The translations under genes and the position numbers were made by a program. 64,000 bases of DNA from an uncultured Actinomycetes bacterium (GTDB lineage: Bacteria; Actinomycetota; Thermoleophilia; UBA2241), in contig CAVRZA010000011.1 of the NCBI GenBank assembly GCA_963725665.1, positions 553,914 to 617,913 on the forward strand, in the 5' to 3' direction. The notes under the pieces are model-generated. The model saw nothing but the letters and a program-made list of their open reading frames with translations. It did not search any database and was not told the origin of the DNA. Shown here one piece after another: positions 8,973-18,913 of this stretch; position 1 is the stretch's first letter, and the number at the start of each line of letters is the position of its first letter.

Positions 8973-11844
8973 CGGCTCAGCCTCCTTGTCGCGCCGTGCT
9001 TCCGGCGCAACAGCCATTTTCTCGCTTCCTCGGCGAAGAACAAAGTGACCGCCGCGATGACGAGGAATCCCCAGTCGTTCAGCGAGAGTGGGCCGGTCTT
9101 GAGGATGTTCTGCAGGAACGGCACGTAGGAGATGGCGGCCATCAACAGCACGGCGAACATCTCGCTGAAGACGATCCATTTGTTGCTGAAGATGCCGATC
9201 TTGAACAGCGACTCACGCTCGGTGCGGCAAGCGAAGCCGTTTGCCACCTGACCGGCGACGATGGCCGCCTGGGTCATCGTCACGGCCTCGAGGTAGGCGC
9301 CGTAGTGGGGGCTGGCCGGGTTCATCCAGGTCGTGTCGCCCCAGGCCCAGCCGTGGGACAGCAGAACGTAGAGGAACCCCGAGACCGCGAATACCGACTG
9401 GATCGCGCCGATGAAGACGACGCGCCGGAGCGTCGGCCTGCTGAGGATGCGCTCGCTGCGGGGGCGCGGCGGCTGCGCCATGACTCCCGGCTCAGGGGGC
9501 TCGGTGCCCAGCGCCAAGCCGGGCAACACGTCGGATCCGAGGTCGATCGAGAGGATCTGGATGGCGCCCAGTGGAACTAGGCCGACCCCGCCGATGACCG
9601 CGAACATGTACGGAAACAGCTCGGCGAAGTTGTGCGAGAAGATGTACGTGACCATCTTCTTGACGTTGGCGTACACTCCGCGGCCCTGCTCGACCGCCTT
9701 GACGATGCTGGCGAAGCTGTCGTCGAGCAGGATCATGATCGCCGCCTCACGCGCGACGTCGGTGCCGCTGATGCCCATGGCCACGCCGATGTCGGCCTTC
9801 TTGAGCGCCGGCGCGTCGTTCACGCCGTCGCCGGTCACGGCGACGATCTCGCCCATCTCCTTGAGGACCGAGACGACCTCCATCTTGTGCTCCGGGGCCA
9901 CCCTGGCGAAGATCACGTCCTGCGGTTTCGTCGAGCTCGGCCTTGAGGTCGTCTTCGCTCATGCCCTCGAGGTCGACATCCCGGTGATCACGCGCACGTT
10001 CTTGTCGCCGCGCACGATGCCGATGCGGCGGGCGATGGCCTCGGCGGTGAGGCCGTAGTCGCCCGTGACCATGATGATGCGGATGCCGGCGGCGAGAGCG
10101 CGTTCTCGACCGCCTCGGCGACCTCGGGGCGGGGCGGATCGATCATGCCCGACGAAGCCGAGGAACGTGAGGTCGGTCTCGACGGTGTCGGGTGTGTAGT
10201 CGGTGAGGTCCGGGGGCAGGTCGCGCTCGGCGACGGCGAGCACGCGCAGCGCCTGGCGCGACATGTCGTCGTTCTGCGTCGAGAATGCTGCCGACGCAGC
10301 TCGTCGGTCAGCGGCACGACCTGCCCGTCGAGCCTGATGTGCGTGCAGCGAGGGATGGTCTCCGAGGGAGCGCCCTTCACGTAGGCGCTTCTGCCCGTCG
10401 CCCTCGACGTGGATCGACCGACATGCGCTTGCGCACCGACTCGAACGGGAGCTCGTAGATCTTGGGCCGTGCCGCGAGCTCCTCGCGCAGGTCGAAGCCA
10501 GCCTTGCCTGCAGCCACGAGCAGCGAGCCCTCGGTCGGGTCGCCGATCACCTGCCAGCCCTCGTTGTCGCGCGGGGTCAGCAGCTTGGCGTCGTTGGCGA
10601 AGCGTCATGGCGCGCAGCAGCGGCTCGAGCCTCTGGCGCGCCTCGTCCCTTCGGCAGGGCGTTGTCGTCGACCACGAAATCGCCGACCGGTTCGTAGCCG
10701 GCGCCGGTGACCTCGATCGGCTGTCGCCGCCCACGTAGAGCTCCTTGACGGTCATCTCCGCCTTGGTCAGCGTGCCGGTCTTGTCTGTGCAGACGACGTT
10801 GGTGCAGCCGAGCGTCTCAACGCCGGAGAGCTGCTTGATGAGGGCGTTCAGCTTCGCCATGCGCTGCACGCCCACGGCGAGCGCCACCGACAGCGTGGCC
10901 GGCAGTCCCTCGGGCACGAAGCACACCATGACGCCCATGGCGAACAGCAACGCCTGGATCCAGGTGAGGTTGAGGCCCAGTGGGCCCATGAAGAACAGCA
11001 GGACACCGACGGCGATCGCCATGATGGAGACCGTGCGCGCCATGCGGTCGATCTCGCGCTGCAGGGGCGACTTCTCGTCGGAGACGCCGGCGGTGAGCTC
11101 GAAGATGCGCCCGAACTCGGTGTTCGAAGGCCGGTGGCGAACACGACCGCCTGCCCGGTACCGAGGCCACGCTCGTCCCCATGAACACCAGGTTCGGCAT
11201 GTTGATGGTGGCCAGGTCCTCTTCGACTAAGGGGTCGGCCGTCTTGCGCACTGCGTCGGATTCGCCGGTGAGGGCGATGTTGATGGTCGACATCTCGTAC
11301 TGGCGAATGAGGCGGGCGTCGGCGCTGATCGCGTCGCCCTCTTCGAGGACGATCACGTCGCCGGGCACCAGGTCGGCTGCCGCGACGATCGTGACCTCGC
11401 CTTCGCGAACGACCTTGGCGTTCGCGGGGCACCAGCTTCTGCAGCGCTTCTGTCGCCTTCTCGGCGCGGTACTCCTGGATGAAGCCGATGACGGCGTTCA
11501 GCACGACGACGCCCATGATGGCGATGGCGACGTTGAGGTTGTCCTGGCGGCTCGATCCCGAGGACAGCAGCGCCGCGATGAACACGAGCAGGGCGCCGAC
11601 CTCGAGCATGATGGCGAAGAGCGTGGTGAACTGGTCGAAGAAGCGATAGATGAGCGGCGGCCCGACCCGGTCGGCAGGATGTTGCGCCCGTGGTGCTCGA
11701 GTCGCCGAAAGGCCTCGTCCTCGGTCAGGCCGCGCGCTGAGGTGTGCAGCGCCTCGTAGACTTGTTCTTGAGGTACCTGCCAGATGCCGAGTGCCTCCGC
11801 GGCGCCGGACGCGGGTTCAGCGAGACGCCCGTGGCGGGTGTCAC
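8963..11844 (-). pseudogene. Cation-translocating P-type ATPase (P2-like, Ca2+/Mg2+ type); frame interrupted by at least 14 single-nt indels
   Basis: Correct-frame pieces are spread over three minus frames: ...GLTEDEAFRRLEHHGRNILP, LVPGDVIVLEEGD, CTDKTGTLT, YVKGAP, MIDPPRPEV, IIMVTGD, VTGDGVNDAPALK, and the C-terminal TM block. At the sites I examined the switches sit in short G/C runs (for example GG to GGG at about 10150, CCC to CCCC at about 11425). The 5' end (GTG 11844) is uncertain. Confidence 0.8.
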
Positions 11845-12013
11845 TTGCTCAGGCGTCGACAGCGTGGTGGTCTTCTGGGACACGGGACCTCACAAAGCCT
11901 GGCGACAGGCAACGTGCGTTTCGTACACCTTGGCGAGCCTCGACGCAAGCTGTCGGGCGCTTGGGGGCCGGTGACGCTCGAAGAGGAGAGCCGCTCCTGC
12001 GGTCAGCGACCCG

Positions 12014-13178
12014 TCACGAGGCCTCGACCACGTCAGCCGTGGCCTTGCTGGGGTCGGCCACCACCAGGACGTCGATGTAGTCGGCCGTCGCGCATGATCT
12101 TGGCGATGAGCGACGAACCCCGGAGCGACCTCGTCGAAGCGGGATCGCTTCGACTGGCCCATGAGGACGTACGTGGCCCGGTTCTCCCGGGCGAACTTCA
12201 GGATCTCGTCGGCCTCCGAATCACCGTTGAGCTCTACGACCTGGCCGCCGAGATTGCGGGCCAGGTCGTACGCTCGTTGAGCTCGCGCTGATGGCCGCCG
12301 AGCGTCTCGCCCGCCGTGTGCACGTGGACGACCCAGAAGTGCCCCTGCAGACGCTTGGCAAGCCTGTAGCCACGGCGCACCAGCTTCTTCGCGACCGAAC
12401 CGCCTTTGATGCAGACGACCACTCGGTCTTCCGTCGCCCAGGGCGCTGTGGTCTCGTGGTCCTCCAAGTAACTCTCGAGGGTCTCGTCGACCTCCTCGGC
12501 GGTCTTGCGCAGCGCCAGCTCGCGCAGCGCCACGAGGTTTCCGCGGCGGAAGAAGTTGCGCAGCGCGCCGGGGATCTTCTCGAGGTCGTAGACCACGCCG
12601 CGGTTGAGGCGGTTGATGAGGGCGTCGGCTGTGAGGTCGACGAGCACCACCTCGTCGGCGCGATCGAGCATGGAGTCGGGTATCGTCTCGCGCACGCGCA
12701 CGCCGGTGATCTCGAAGACGGTGTCGTTCAGGCTCTCGAAGTGCTGCACGTTGACAGTGGAGATGACGTCTGATGCCGGCGTCGAGGATGTCGTCCACGC
12801 TCTGCCAGCGCTTCTCGTGGTCGGTCCCGGGGATGTTGGTGTGCGCCAGTTCGTCGACGAGGACGACACCGGGACGACGGGCGATGACCGCGGCGGTGTC
12901 GATCTCCTCGAAGACTTACGGCCGCGATAGTCGATTGCCTTGCGGGAAGGATCGGCAGTCCTTCGGCGAGTTCCTCTATCGCCTGCCGACCGTGCGTCTC
13001 GACGAAGCCGACGACGATGTCCTCGCCGCGCGACAGGCGGCGGTGGGCCTCGAGCAGCATGGTGAACGTCTTGCCGACACCGGGGGCGTAGCCGAGGAAG
13101 ATCTTGTGGCGCCCGGCTTGCGGAGCGTCTTCAGGGTGAAGAGGTCGCCGGTCTCTGGGCTGAGTCGTCCTCTTCCAT
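12014..13178 (-). pseudogene. Stand-alone KdpD N-terminal sensor domain + Usp domain protein; about 8 frame breaks
   Basis: Pieces read HKIFLGYAPGVGKTFTMLLEAHRR, VLVDELAHTNIPGTDHEKRW, STVNVQHFESLND, LVALRELALRKTAEEVD, then Usp-like VVCIKGG...YVLMGQSKRSRF...DVLVVADP. No kinase domain follows. Confidence 0.75.
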
Positions 13179-13183
13179 CACAC

Positions 13184-13766
13184 TCACTGTAGGGCGTCTG
13201 TGCGGCGTCGAGGGCGAGATTCAAAGCGGAGCACGTTCACACGAGGTTCGCCAAGAAAGCCGAGCTGGCGTCCGGTGGTGTGTCGTCGATAAGCGCGAGC
13301 ACGGCGGAGACGGTCGTGCCGCGGGCTGCGGCGACGCGCGCCGCCTGCGCGCGCGCGTTGGCGATGGTGATGTCGGGATCGAGACCACTCGCCGAGGTCG
13401 TCACCATGTCGATCGGCACGGCGCCGAATCGCAGCCCGGGGTTGGCGGCGATCTCCTGCTTGACGGAGGTCTGACCCGGTCGGCGAGCGTCTTGTTGGTC
13501 GGCCCCAGGTTCGAGAACGACGAGGCCATCGCGTCGTAGCCCTCCCCGGCGGCGGATAGGCGAGGCTGGAAGTACTTGGCCGCCGTGAAGTTCTGTCCGA
13601 TCAGGCTTCGACCCGATCGACTGCTGCCGTTCTTCTTGACGAGGCTGCCGTTGGCCTTGCCGGGAAAGATGACCTGTGCCAGGCCGGTCATGACCAGCGG
13701 GTAGATGATGCCCGCTATCACTGCTGTGACGATCGTCATGCGAATCGAGATCCAGACGTATTTCAC
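13184..13766 (-). pseudogene. kdpC: K+-transporting ATPase subunit C, at least 3 frame breaks in the 3' half
   Basis: MKYVWISIRMTIVTAVIAGIIYPLVMTGLAQ...NLGPTNKTLADRV, then PIDMVTTSASGLDPDIT... and GFLGEPRVNVL / LNLALDAA in other frames. The exact stop is unresolved. Confidence 0.7.
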
Positions 13767-13784
13767 GATGCCTCTCCTCGGTCC

Positions 13785-15839
13785 CTAGGTCGTCAAGTGA
13801 GTCGCCACGAGGATCAGGTCGATGATCTTGATGCCGATGAAGGGAGCTACCACTCCCCCGAGGCCGTAGACGAGCAGGTTGTAGCGCAGCAGCCGGGCGG
13901 CCGGCCAGGGCCGGTATTTCACGCCACGCAAGGCGAGTGGGATCAGCATGACGATGATGATCGCGTTGAAGATCACCGCCGAGAGCACGGCGCTGTGCGG
14001 CGAGTGCAGGCCCATGACGTTGAGGCTCGAGAGCTCGGGGAACGAGACCATGAACATCGCCGGGATGATGGCGAAGTACTTGGCCACGTCGTTGGCGATG
14101 CTGAACGTTGTCAATGCGCCGCGGGTGATGAGGAGCTGCTTGCCGATGGCCACGATCTCGATGAGCTTTGTCGGGTTGGAGTCGAGGTCGACCATGTTGC
14201 CGGCCTCCTTGGCGGCCGACGTGCCGGTGTTCATGGCGACGCCGACGTCGGCCTGCGCCAGCGCCGGCGCGTCGTTCGTGCCGTCCCCTGTCATAGCGAC
14301 CAGCTTCCCCTGCCGCTGCTCGCTACGGATGAGCTCCATCTTGGTCTCGGGCGTCGCCTCGGCAAGGAAGTCGTCAACACCGGCCTCCTTGGCGATGACC
14401 GCCGCCGTGAGCGGGTTGTCCCCCGTGATCATGACGGTGCGGATGCCCATGGCGCGCAGCTCATCGAAGCGCTCGCGCATACCGCCCTTCACGATGTCCT
14501 TCAGGTGGATGACGCCAAGGACCTTCTGGTCGCTCGCGACCGCCAGGGGCGTCCCGCCCTGCAGCGATACCTTCTCGATCGTCTCTTCGAGCAGGGGTGG
14601 GACCTCGCTGCCACGCTGGCGCACCCAGCTGATGATGGCGTCGCCGGCGCCCTTGCGCACAGCGTGCCCGTTCAGGTCGATGCCGCTCATGCGCGTCTGC
14701 GCGCTGAACTCGATGAAGGTGGCCTTCTCTGGGTCGATGTGACGCCCGCGAATGCCGTAGTTCTTGGCCAACACAACGATCGAGCGGCCCTCGGGCGTCT
14801 CGTCGGCGAGGGAGGCGAGCTGCGCGGCGTCGGCGAGCTCCTCCTCTGACACGCCGGACATGGGGATGAACTCGGAGGCCTGCCGGTTGCCCAGCGTTAT
14901 CGTCCCCGTCTTGTCGAGCAGCAACGTGTCGACGTCGCCCGCGGCCTCCACCGCGCGCCCCGACATGGCGAGTACGTTGTGGCGCACGAGCCGGTCCATG
15001 CCTGCGATGCCGATCGCCGAGAGTAGCCCGCCGATGGTCGTCGGGATGAGGCACACAAGCAAGGCGATCAGGACCGTGGCTGACTGGGCCGCATTGCTGT
15101 AGATCGCGAACGGCTGCAACGTCATGATCACGATCACGAAGATGATCGTCAGGCCGGCGAGGAGGATCGTCAGGGCGATCTCGTTGGGGGTCTTCTGGCG
15201 CTGGGCGCCCTCGACGAGGGCGATCATGCGATCGAGGAACGTCTCGCCGGGGTCGGAGGTGATCCTGACCCGAATCTGGTCGGACAGGACTTTCGTGCCG
15301 CCGGTGACGGCGCTGCGGTCGCCGCCGCTCTCGCGGATGACCGGCGCAGATTCGCCCGTGATGGCGGACTCGTCGACCGAGGCGATGCCCTCGATGATGT
15401 CGCCATCGCTGGGGATGATCTCGCCCGCCGAAACGATGACCACGTCGCCGCGGCGCAGCTGCGTCGCCGGCACCTGCTCGAGGCCGGTCTCGGTGACGAG
15501 GTTGGCGAGCGTCTCGGTCTTCATCTTGCGCAGCGCATCGGCTTGGGCCTTGCCGCGACCCTCGGCCATGGCCGTGGCGAAGTTGGCGAAGAGCACCGTG
15601 AACCAGAGCCAGCCGGCGACGGCGCCGACGAACGCCGTATCGCTGCTCGAGCGGATGAGTCCGGCTATGAAATAGTAGGTGGTGATCGCGCTGCCGACCT
15701 CGACCACGAACATGACTGGGTTGCGGGCTACGTCGCGCGGGTCAAGCTTGACGAATGAGCTGCCGATCGCCGGCCAGATGAGGTCGCGCATGGAGGCGGT
15801 CTCCCGCCGCAGGGGCTTGTCGTGGGTGTCGTCAGCCAT
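13785..15839 (-). CDS. kdpB: K+-transporting ATPase subunit B (operon 1)
   Basis: Intact 684-aa ORF with [17 protein letters not shown] and [18 protein letters not shown]. Confidence 0.95.
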   Translation of the reverse strand: MADDTHDKPLRRETASMRDLIWPAIGSSFVKLDPRDVARNPVMFVVEVGSAITTYYFIAGLIRSSSDTAFVGAVAGWLWFTVLFANFATAMAEGRGKAQADALRKMKTETLANLVTETGLEQVPATQLRRGDVVIVSAGEIIPSDGDIIEGIASVDESAITGESAPVIRESGGDRSAVTGGTKVLSDQIRVRITSDPGETFLDRMIALVEGAQRQKTPNEIALTILLAGLTIIFVIVIMTLQPFAIYSNAAQSATVLIALLVCLIPTTIGGLLSAIGIAGMDRLVRHNVLAMSGRAVEAAGDVDTLLLDKTGTITLGNRQASEFIPMSGVSEEELADAAQLASLADETPEGRSIVVLAKNYGIRGRHIDPEKATFIEFSAQTRMSGIDLNGHAVRKGAGDAIISWVRQRGSEVPPLLEETIEKVSLQGGTPLAVASDQKVLGVIHLKDIVKGGMRERFDELRAMGIRTVMITGDNPLTAAVIAKEAGVDDFLAEATPETKMELIRSEQRQGKLVAMTGDGTNDAPALAQADVGVAMNTGTSAAKEAGNMVDLDSNPTKLIEIVAIGKQLLITRGALTTFSIANDVAKYFAIIPAMFMVSFPELSSLNVMGLHSPHSAVLSAVIFNAIIIVMLIPLALRGVKYRPWPAARLLRYNLLVYGLGGVVAPFIGIKIIDLILVATHLTT

Positions 15840-15851
15840 CGCAGTCGCCCG

Positions 15852-17579
15852 TCATCCGAAGAGCTTGCCGGCGTTCATGAGGAACTGTTCGACGATCGGG
15901 CCGAGCGCCAGCGCCGGGAAGAACGTCAGCGCCCCCACGATGAGGATCACGCCCACGAGCAGCACGACGAAGATCACGCCGGTTGTGGGGAACGTACCGG
16001 GCGAGGGCGGCACCGACTTCTTGCCGGCCAGCGAGCTGGCCAGGGCCAAGCACGGGATGATGAAGAAGAAGCGCCCCCACATCATGCAGAGGCCGCCGAT
16101 CGTGCTCCAGAACCGCCCGCTGGCCGTGAGACCGGCAAAGGCGCTGCCGTTGTTGCCGGTCTGTGAGAACGTCCCGTAGAGGATCTCCGAGAGGCCGTGG
16201 GGGCCGGGGTTCAGCGCAGCCTCCTTGCCGGCCGGCAGGACGGCCGCCAGCGCGGCGAAGCCCAGGGCGGTCACGCAGTAGTACAGGACCGCAAGGACGG
16301 CGAGCTTCATCTCGCGGCCCTCGATCTTCTTGCCCAGGTACTCAGGCGTGCGGCCGACCATGAGGCCGGCGATGAACACCGCGAGAATGGCGTTGATCAG
16401 CAGTCCCATGAGGCCGACGCCGACACCGCCAAACACCACTTCCCCGAGGGCCATGTTCAGCATGGCGAAGCCACCCGCGATCGGCGTCAGGCTGTCGTGC
16501 GCGGTGTTGACCGCACCGCACGACGTGTCTGTGGTCGTGGTGGCCCAGAGGATCGACGCGGAGATCCCGAAACGGACCTCCTTGCCCTCCATGTTGCCGC
16601 CGGACTGGGTCGAGCTGAGCGTCTGATCCGCCCCAAGCTTCGTCAGGATCGGGTTGCCTCGCTGCTCGCTGGCGTACATCACCGCCACGCTCATGAGCAG
16701 GATGGCCATGGCCGCCGCGAAGAGCGCCCACCCCTGTCGCTGATTGCCCGCGAAGCGCCCGAACGTGTAGGTGAGCGAGACGGGGATGGCGAGCAGCATC
16801 AGGTCCTCGAACAGGTTGCTGAACGGCGTCGGGTTCTCGTAGGGGTGCGCCGAGTTGGCGTTGTAGGAGCCGCCGCCGTTGGTGCCCAGCTCCTTGATGA
16901 TCTCCTGCGAGGCGAACGGTCCCTGCGCTATGGTCTGCGTGATCCCCTCGACCGTGACGGCGCGCGTCGGGGCGTTGAGGTTCTGCACGACGCCCTGCGA
17001 TACGAGCACGAGCGTCCCGACGATCGAGATTGGCAGCAGCACGTAGAGGAAGCTGCGCGTGAGGTCGACCCAGAAGTTGCCCAGCTCGCGTCTTGAGTGT
17101 CGCGTGAGCCCGCGGATGAACGCTACGGCGACCGCGATGCCGACGGCGGCCGACACGAAGTTCTCGCGCGCCAGCGCGAGCATCTGCGTCAGGTAGCTCA
17201 CCTGCGTCTCGGGGACGTAGACCTGCCAGTTGGTGTTGGTCGCGAAGCTGACGGCGGTGTTGAAGGCCACCGTGGGGCTCATGTCGGGGACGTGTGCCGG
17301 GTTCAGCGGCAAGTGACCCTGGAGCCGGAGTATCAGGTAGATGAAAAGCAGGACCACGAAGTTGAAGACGAGGAGTGACACCGCGTACGCCACCACCCCC
17401 ATCTCGCGGGTCTCGTCGACGCCACACAGGCGGTAGGTCAGCCTCTCCACGGGACGAACGATGGGGTGGAGGAAGGTGCGTTCGCCGCGGAAGACGTGCG
17501 CCATGAAGAGCCCCAGGGGTTTGGCGATCAGTCCGAGCAGGACGACGTAGACGACGATCTGCAGGATCCCCCAACCCAT
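15852..17579 (-). CDS. kdpA: K+-transporting ATPase subunit A (operon 1)
   Basis: Intact 575-aa polytopic ORF with KdpA selectivity-filter-like segments (TNTNWQ, GTNGGG, NNGSAFAG). Confidence 0.95.
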   Translation of the reverse strand: MGWGILQIVVYVVLLGLIAKPLGLFMAHVFRGERTFLHPIVRPVERLTYRLCGVDETREMGVVAYAVSLLVFNFVVLLFIYLILRLQGHLPLNPAHVPDMSPTVAFNTAVSFATNTNWQVYVPETQVSYLTQMLALARENFVSAAVGIAVAVAFIRGLTRHSRRELGNFWVDLTRSFLYVLLPISIVGTLVLVSQGVVQNLNAPTRAVTVEGITQTIAQGPFASQEIIKELGTNGGGSYNANSAHPYENPTPFSNLFEDLMLLAIPVSLTYTFGRFAGNQRQGWALFAAAMAILLMSVAVMYASEQRGNPILTKLGADQTLSSTQSGGNMEGKEVRFGISASILWATTTTDTSCGAVNTAHDSLTPIAGGFAMLNMALGEVVFGGVGVGLMGLLINAILAVFIAGLMVGRTPEYLGKKIEGREMKLAVLAVLYYCVTALGFAALAAVLPAGKEAALNPGPHGLSEILYGTFSQTGNNGSAFAGLTASGRFWSTIGGLCMMWGRFFFIIPCLALASSLAGKKSVPPSPGTFPTTGVIFVVLLVGVILIVGALTFFPALALGPIVEQFLMNAGKLFG

Positions 17580-17594
17580 GGCGCTTCCGGCTGC

Positions 17595-17684
17595 CTAGAA
17601 CTTCTCTGGTCTCAGAAGGGAGTAGAAGAGGTAGATGATCAGGGCGACTGCAATGATGCCGAGGATGAGGTAGGCGACGTTCAC
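17595..17684 (-). CDS. kdpF: K+-transporting ATPase subunit F (operon 1)
   Basis: My translation gives MNVAYLILGIIAVALIIYLFYSLLRPEKF (29 aa) from GTG 17684. It has the typical KdpF C-terminal LLRPExF and ends 15 nt before kdpA. Confidence 0.8.
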   Translation of the reverse strand: MNVAYLILGIIAVALIIYLFYSLLRPEKF

Positions 17685-17690
17685 CTTCGT

Positions 17691-17780
17691 CTACAGGCGA
17701 GGAGCCAGCCGAGCGTAGGCGAGAGAGAGGAAGAAGAACGCCATCACCACGGCGACGCAGGCAACATCACCCATCCCCAT
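17691..17780 (-). CDS. Second small hydrophobic peptide upstream of kdpF (29 aa)
   Basis: MGMGDVACVAVVMAFFFLSLAYARLAPRL. ATG 17780 is preceded by GGAAGGAG. The stop lies 6 nt before the kdpF GTG. Confidence 0.5.
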   Translation of the reverse strand: MGMGDVACVAVVMAFFFLSLAYARLAPRL

Positions 17781-17947
17781 GCTCCTTCCGCTGTCGGCCT
17801 TGTTCTTCCCGAGCATACAACCAGATAACGACTACACAAACCGTAGCCTGTTCGGCCCGGGCCACCGGGCGTCGGCCCGCGTGCGACGCAATTCGGCGGC
17901 GCTCCTTTGGGTGCACCGTGATCCGAGCGTAACTGTCCTTGGGCACA

Positions 17948-17989
17948 GTGATGCCCGCCGTCCTCGGGCGGGAGGACGGCGGGCATCAC
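17948..17989 (-). terminator. 18-bp perfect hairpin after the small membrane protein gene and upstream of the kdp-1 promoter region
   Basis: GTGATGCCCGCCGTCCTC-gggcgg-GAGGACGGCGGGCATCAC. Confidence 0.55.
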
Positions 17990-18004
17990 TCTGACTAAGG
18001 CGCG

Positions 18005-18265
18005 TCAGTGACGGTAGGAGTGCGCAAACCTCGGAGTGCGCACGTACCTGGCGGGCGCAGGCTTCTCGGCCGGACGCTCGTCGGCCAAACGCTCCTGGGC
18101 CGGGCGCTTCGCCAGGATGAGACGGGCGACCTCACTCTGCTCCCGCCGATAGCGCTTGATGGCGCGCTCCTCGAAGATGAGCCAGAGAAGGTAGACCAGC
18201 GCACCCGCTGCCGCGACGGTCGCTGCGACCGCCACGAACGCAATCAAATCTGCTGCAACTGCCAC
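18005..18265 (-). CDS. Small membrane protein sp1 (86 aa): one N-terminal TM helix + basic tail
   Basis: GTG 18265 is preceded by GGGAGG (7-nt spacer). Sequence: MAVAADLIAFVAVAATVAAAGALVYLLWLIFEERAIKRYRREQ...FAHSYRH. It is the C-terminal part of track ORF 18005..18454. A composite promoter lies directly upstream. Confidence 0.6.
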   Translation of the reverse strand: MAVAADLIAFVAVAATVAAAGALVYLLWLIFEERAIKRYRREQSEVARLILAKRPAQERLADERPAEKPAPARYVRTPRFAHSYRH

Positions 18266-18287
18266 TTCTGCACCTCCCAACTCCCGC

Positions 18288-18353
18288 AGCGTACCCCGGC
18301 GTATGTTAAGAAGCCGTAAAGACCACGCCGGTCCATGTGAATGTTTCCTAAAG
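18288..18353 (-). promoter_or_regulatory. Composite promoter copy C (drives sp1): four phased half-sites + GGG-TACGCT
   Basis: In gene orientation: CTTTAG-gaaac-ATTCAC-N15-CTTTAC-ggctt-CTTAAC-atacgccgGGG-TACGCT. Confidence 0.65.
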
Positions 18354-18472
18354 GCCAAGCGAGCGCCCCCGAGGCCGAGAGGTTGGCGGCAGCGGTCGCC
18401 GCGGTCTGCCCGCCGGCTCGCGAGTGCCGATTGGGACCTGCAGTCGTCTGCCACTCCGACGCCGCAGGCTTC

Positions 18473-18553
18473 CTACTCGTGCGTGGTCAGCTTGTATCCG
18501 GCAAGCAGGAAAATGGCCATCAGAGCCAGCCACACAAGTGCTTCCAGAGCCAC
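18473..18553 (-). CDS. Small hydrophobic peptide sp2 (26 aa)
   Basis: TAAGGAGGTG lies 6 nt before GTG 18553. Sequence: MALEALVWLALMAIFLLAGYKLTTHE. The overlapping track ORF 18348..18560 is Arg-rich junk. Confidence 0.45.
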   Translation of the reverse strand: MALEALVWLALMAIFLLAGYKLTTHE

Positions 18554-18578
18554 CGTCCACCTCCTTACATGCACAAGC

Positions 18579-18644
18579 AGGGTACCCAGGGTCCTCTTAA
18601 GGCCTCGTGAAGCGAGGGCGTAGAGGCGTGAAGTTTGCGTGAAC
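18579..18644 (-). promoter_or_regulatory. Composite promoter copy A (drives sp2)
   Basis: In gene orientation: GTTCAC-gcaaa-CTTCAC-N15-CTTCAC-gaggc-CTTAAG-aggaccctGGG-TACCCT. Confidence 0.65.
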
Positions 18645-18847
18645 ACCCTGAGCGTCGTTCGCGACCACAGGCGATCGAAGATCAGGGGGTCGAGTCACAC
18701 ACGGTCCGCCCAACCGGAGAGGCACGAGCGCGATCGAGGAAGAGCGCCACGCTCGGTTCCGTCTGCCCCGCGCTGGGCTTGCCGACGGCCTTTAGATCTG
18801 CCGACCCTCGTTCCTCTCTGCGCCTCTGTCGGCGCTGCGGGGACCGG

Positions 18848-18913
18848 CTTTATCTAATCTTTATGCACTTGTGACTACGTTTTACTAATGGTTAACGTCG
18901 TTTCGGGAACATG
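18848..18913 (+). promoter_or_regulatory. Composite promoter copy for the kdp-2 operon
   Basis: CTTTAT-ctaat-CTTTAT-N15-TTTTAC-taatg-GTTAAC-gtcgtttcGGG-AACATG. The spacing is the same as in the other copies, but the -10 position deviates from TAnnnT. Confidence 0.6.

Noticed and set aside
8500-13460. Programmed ribosomal frameshifting or a deliberate phase-variation system as the explanation for the many frame breaks
   Set aside because: There are about 26 breaks in both directions and no slippery heptamers or downstream pseudoknots. Some lie only ~55 nt apart and compensate each other, which no programmed mechanism explains.
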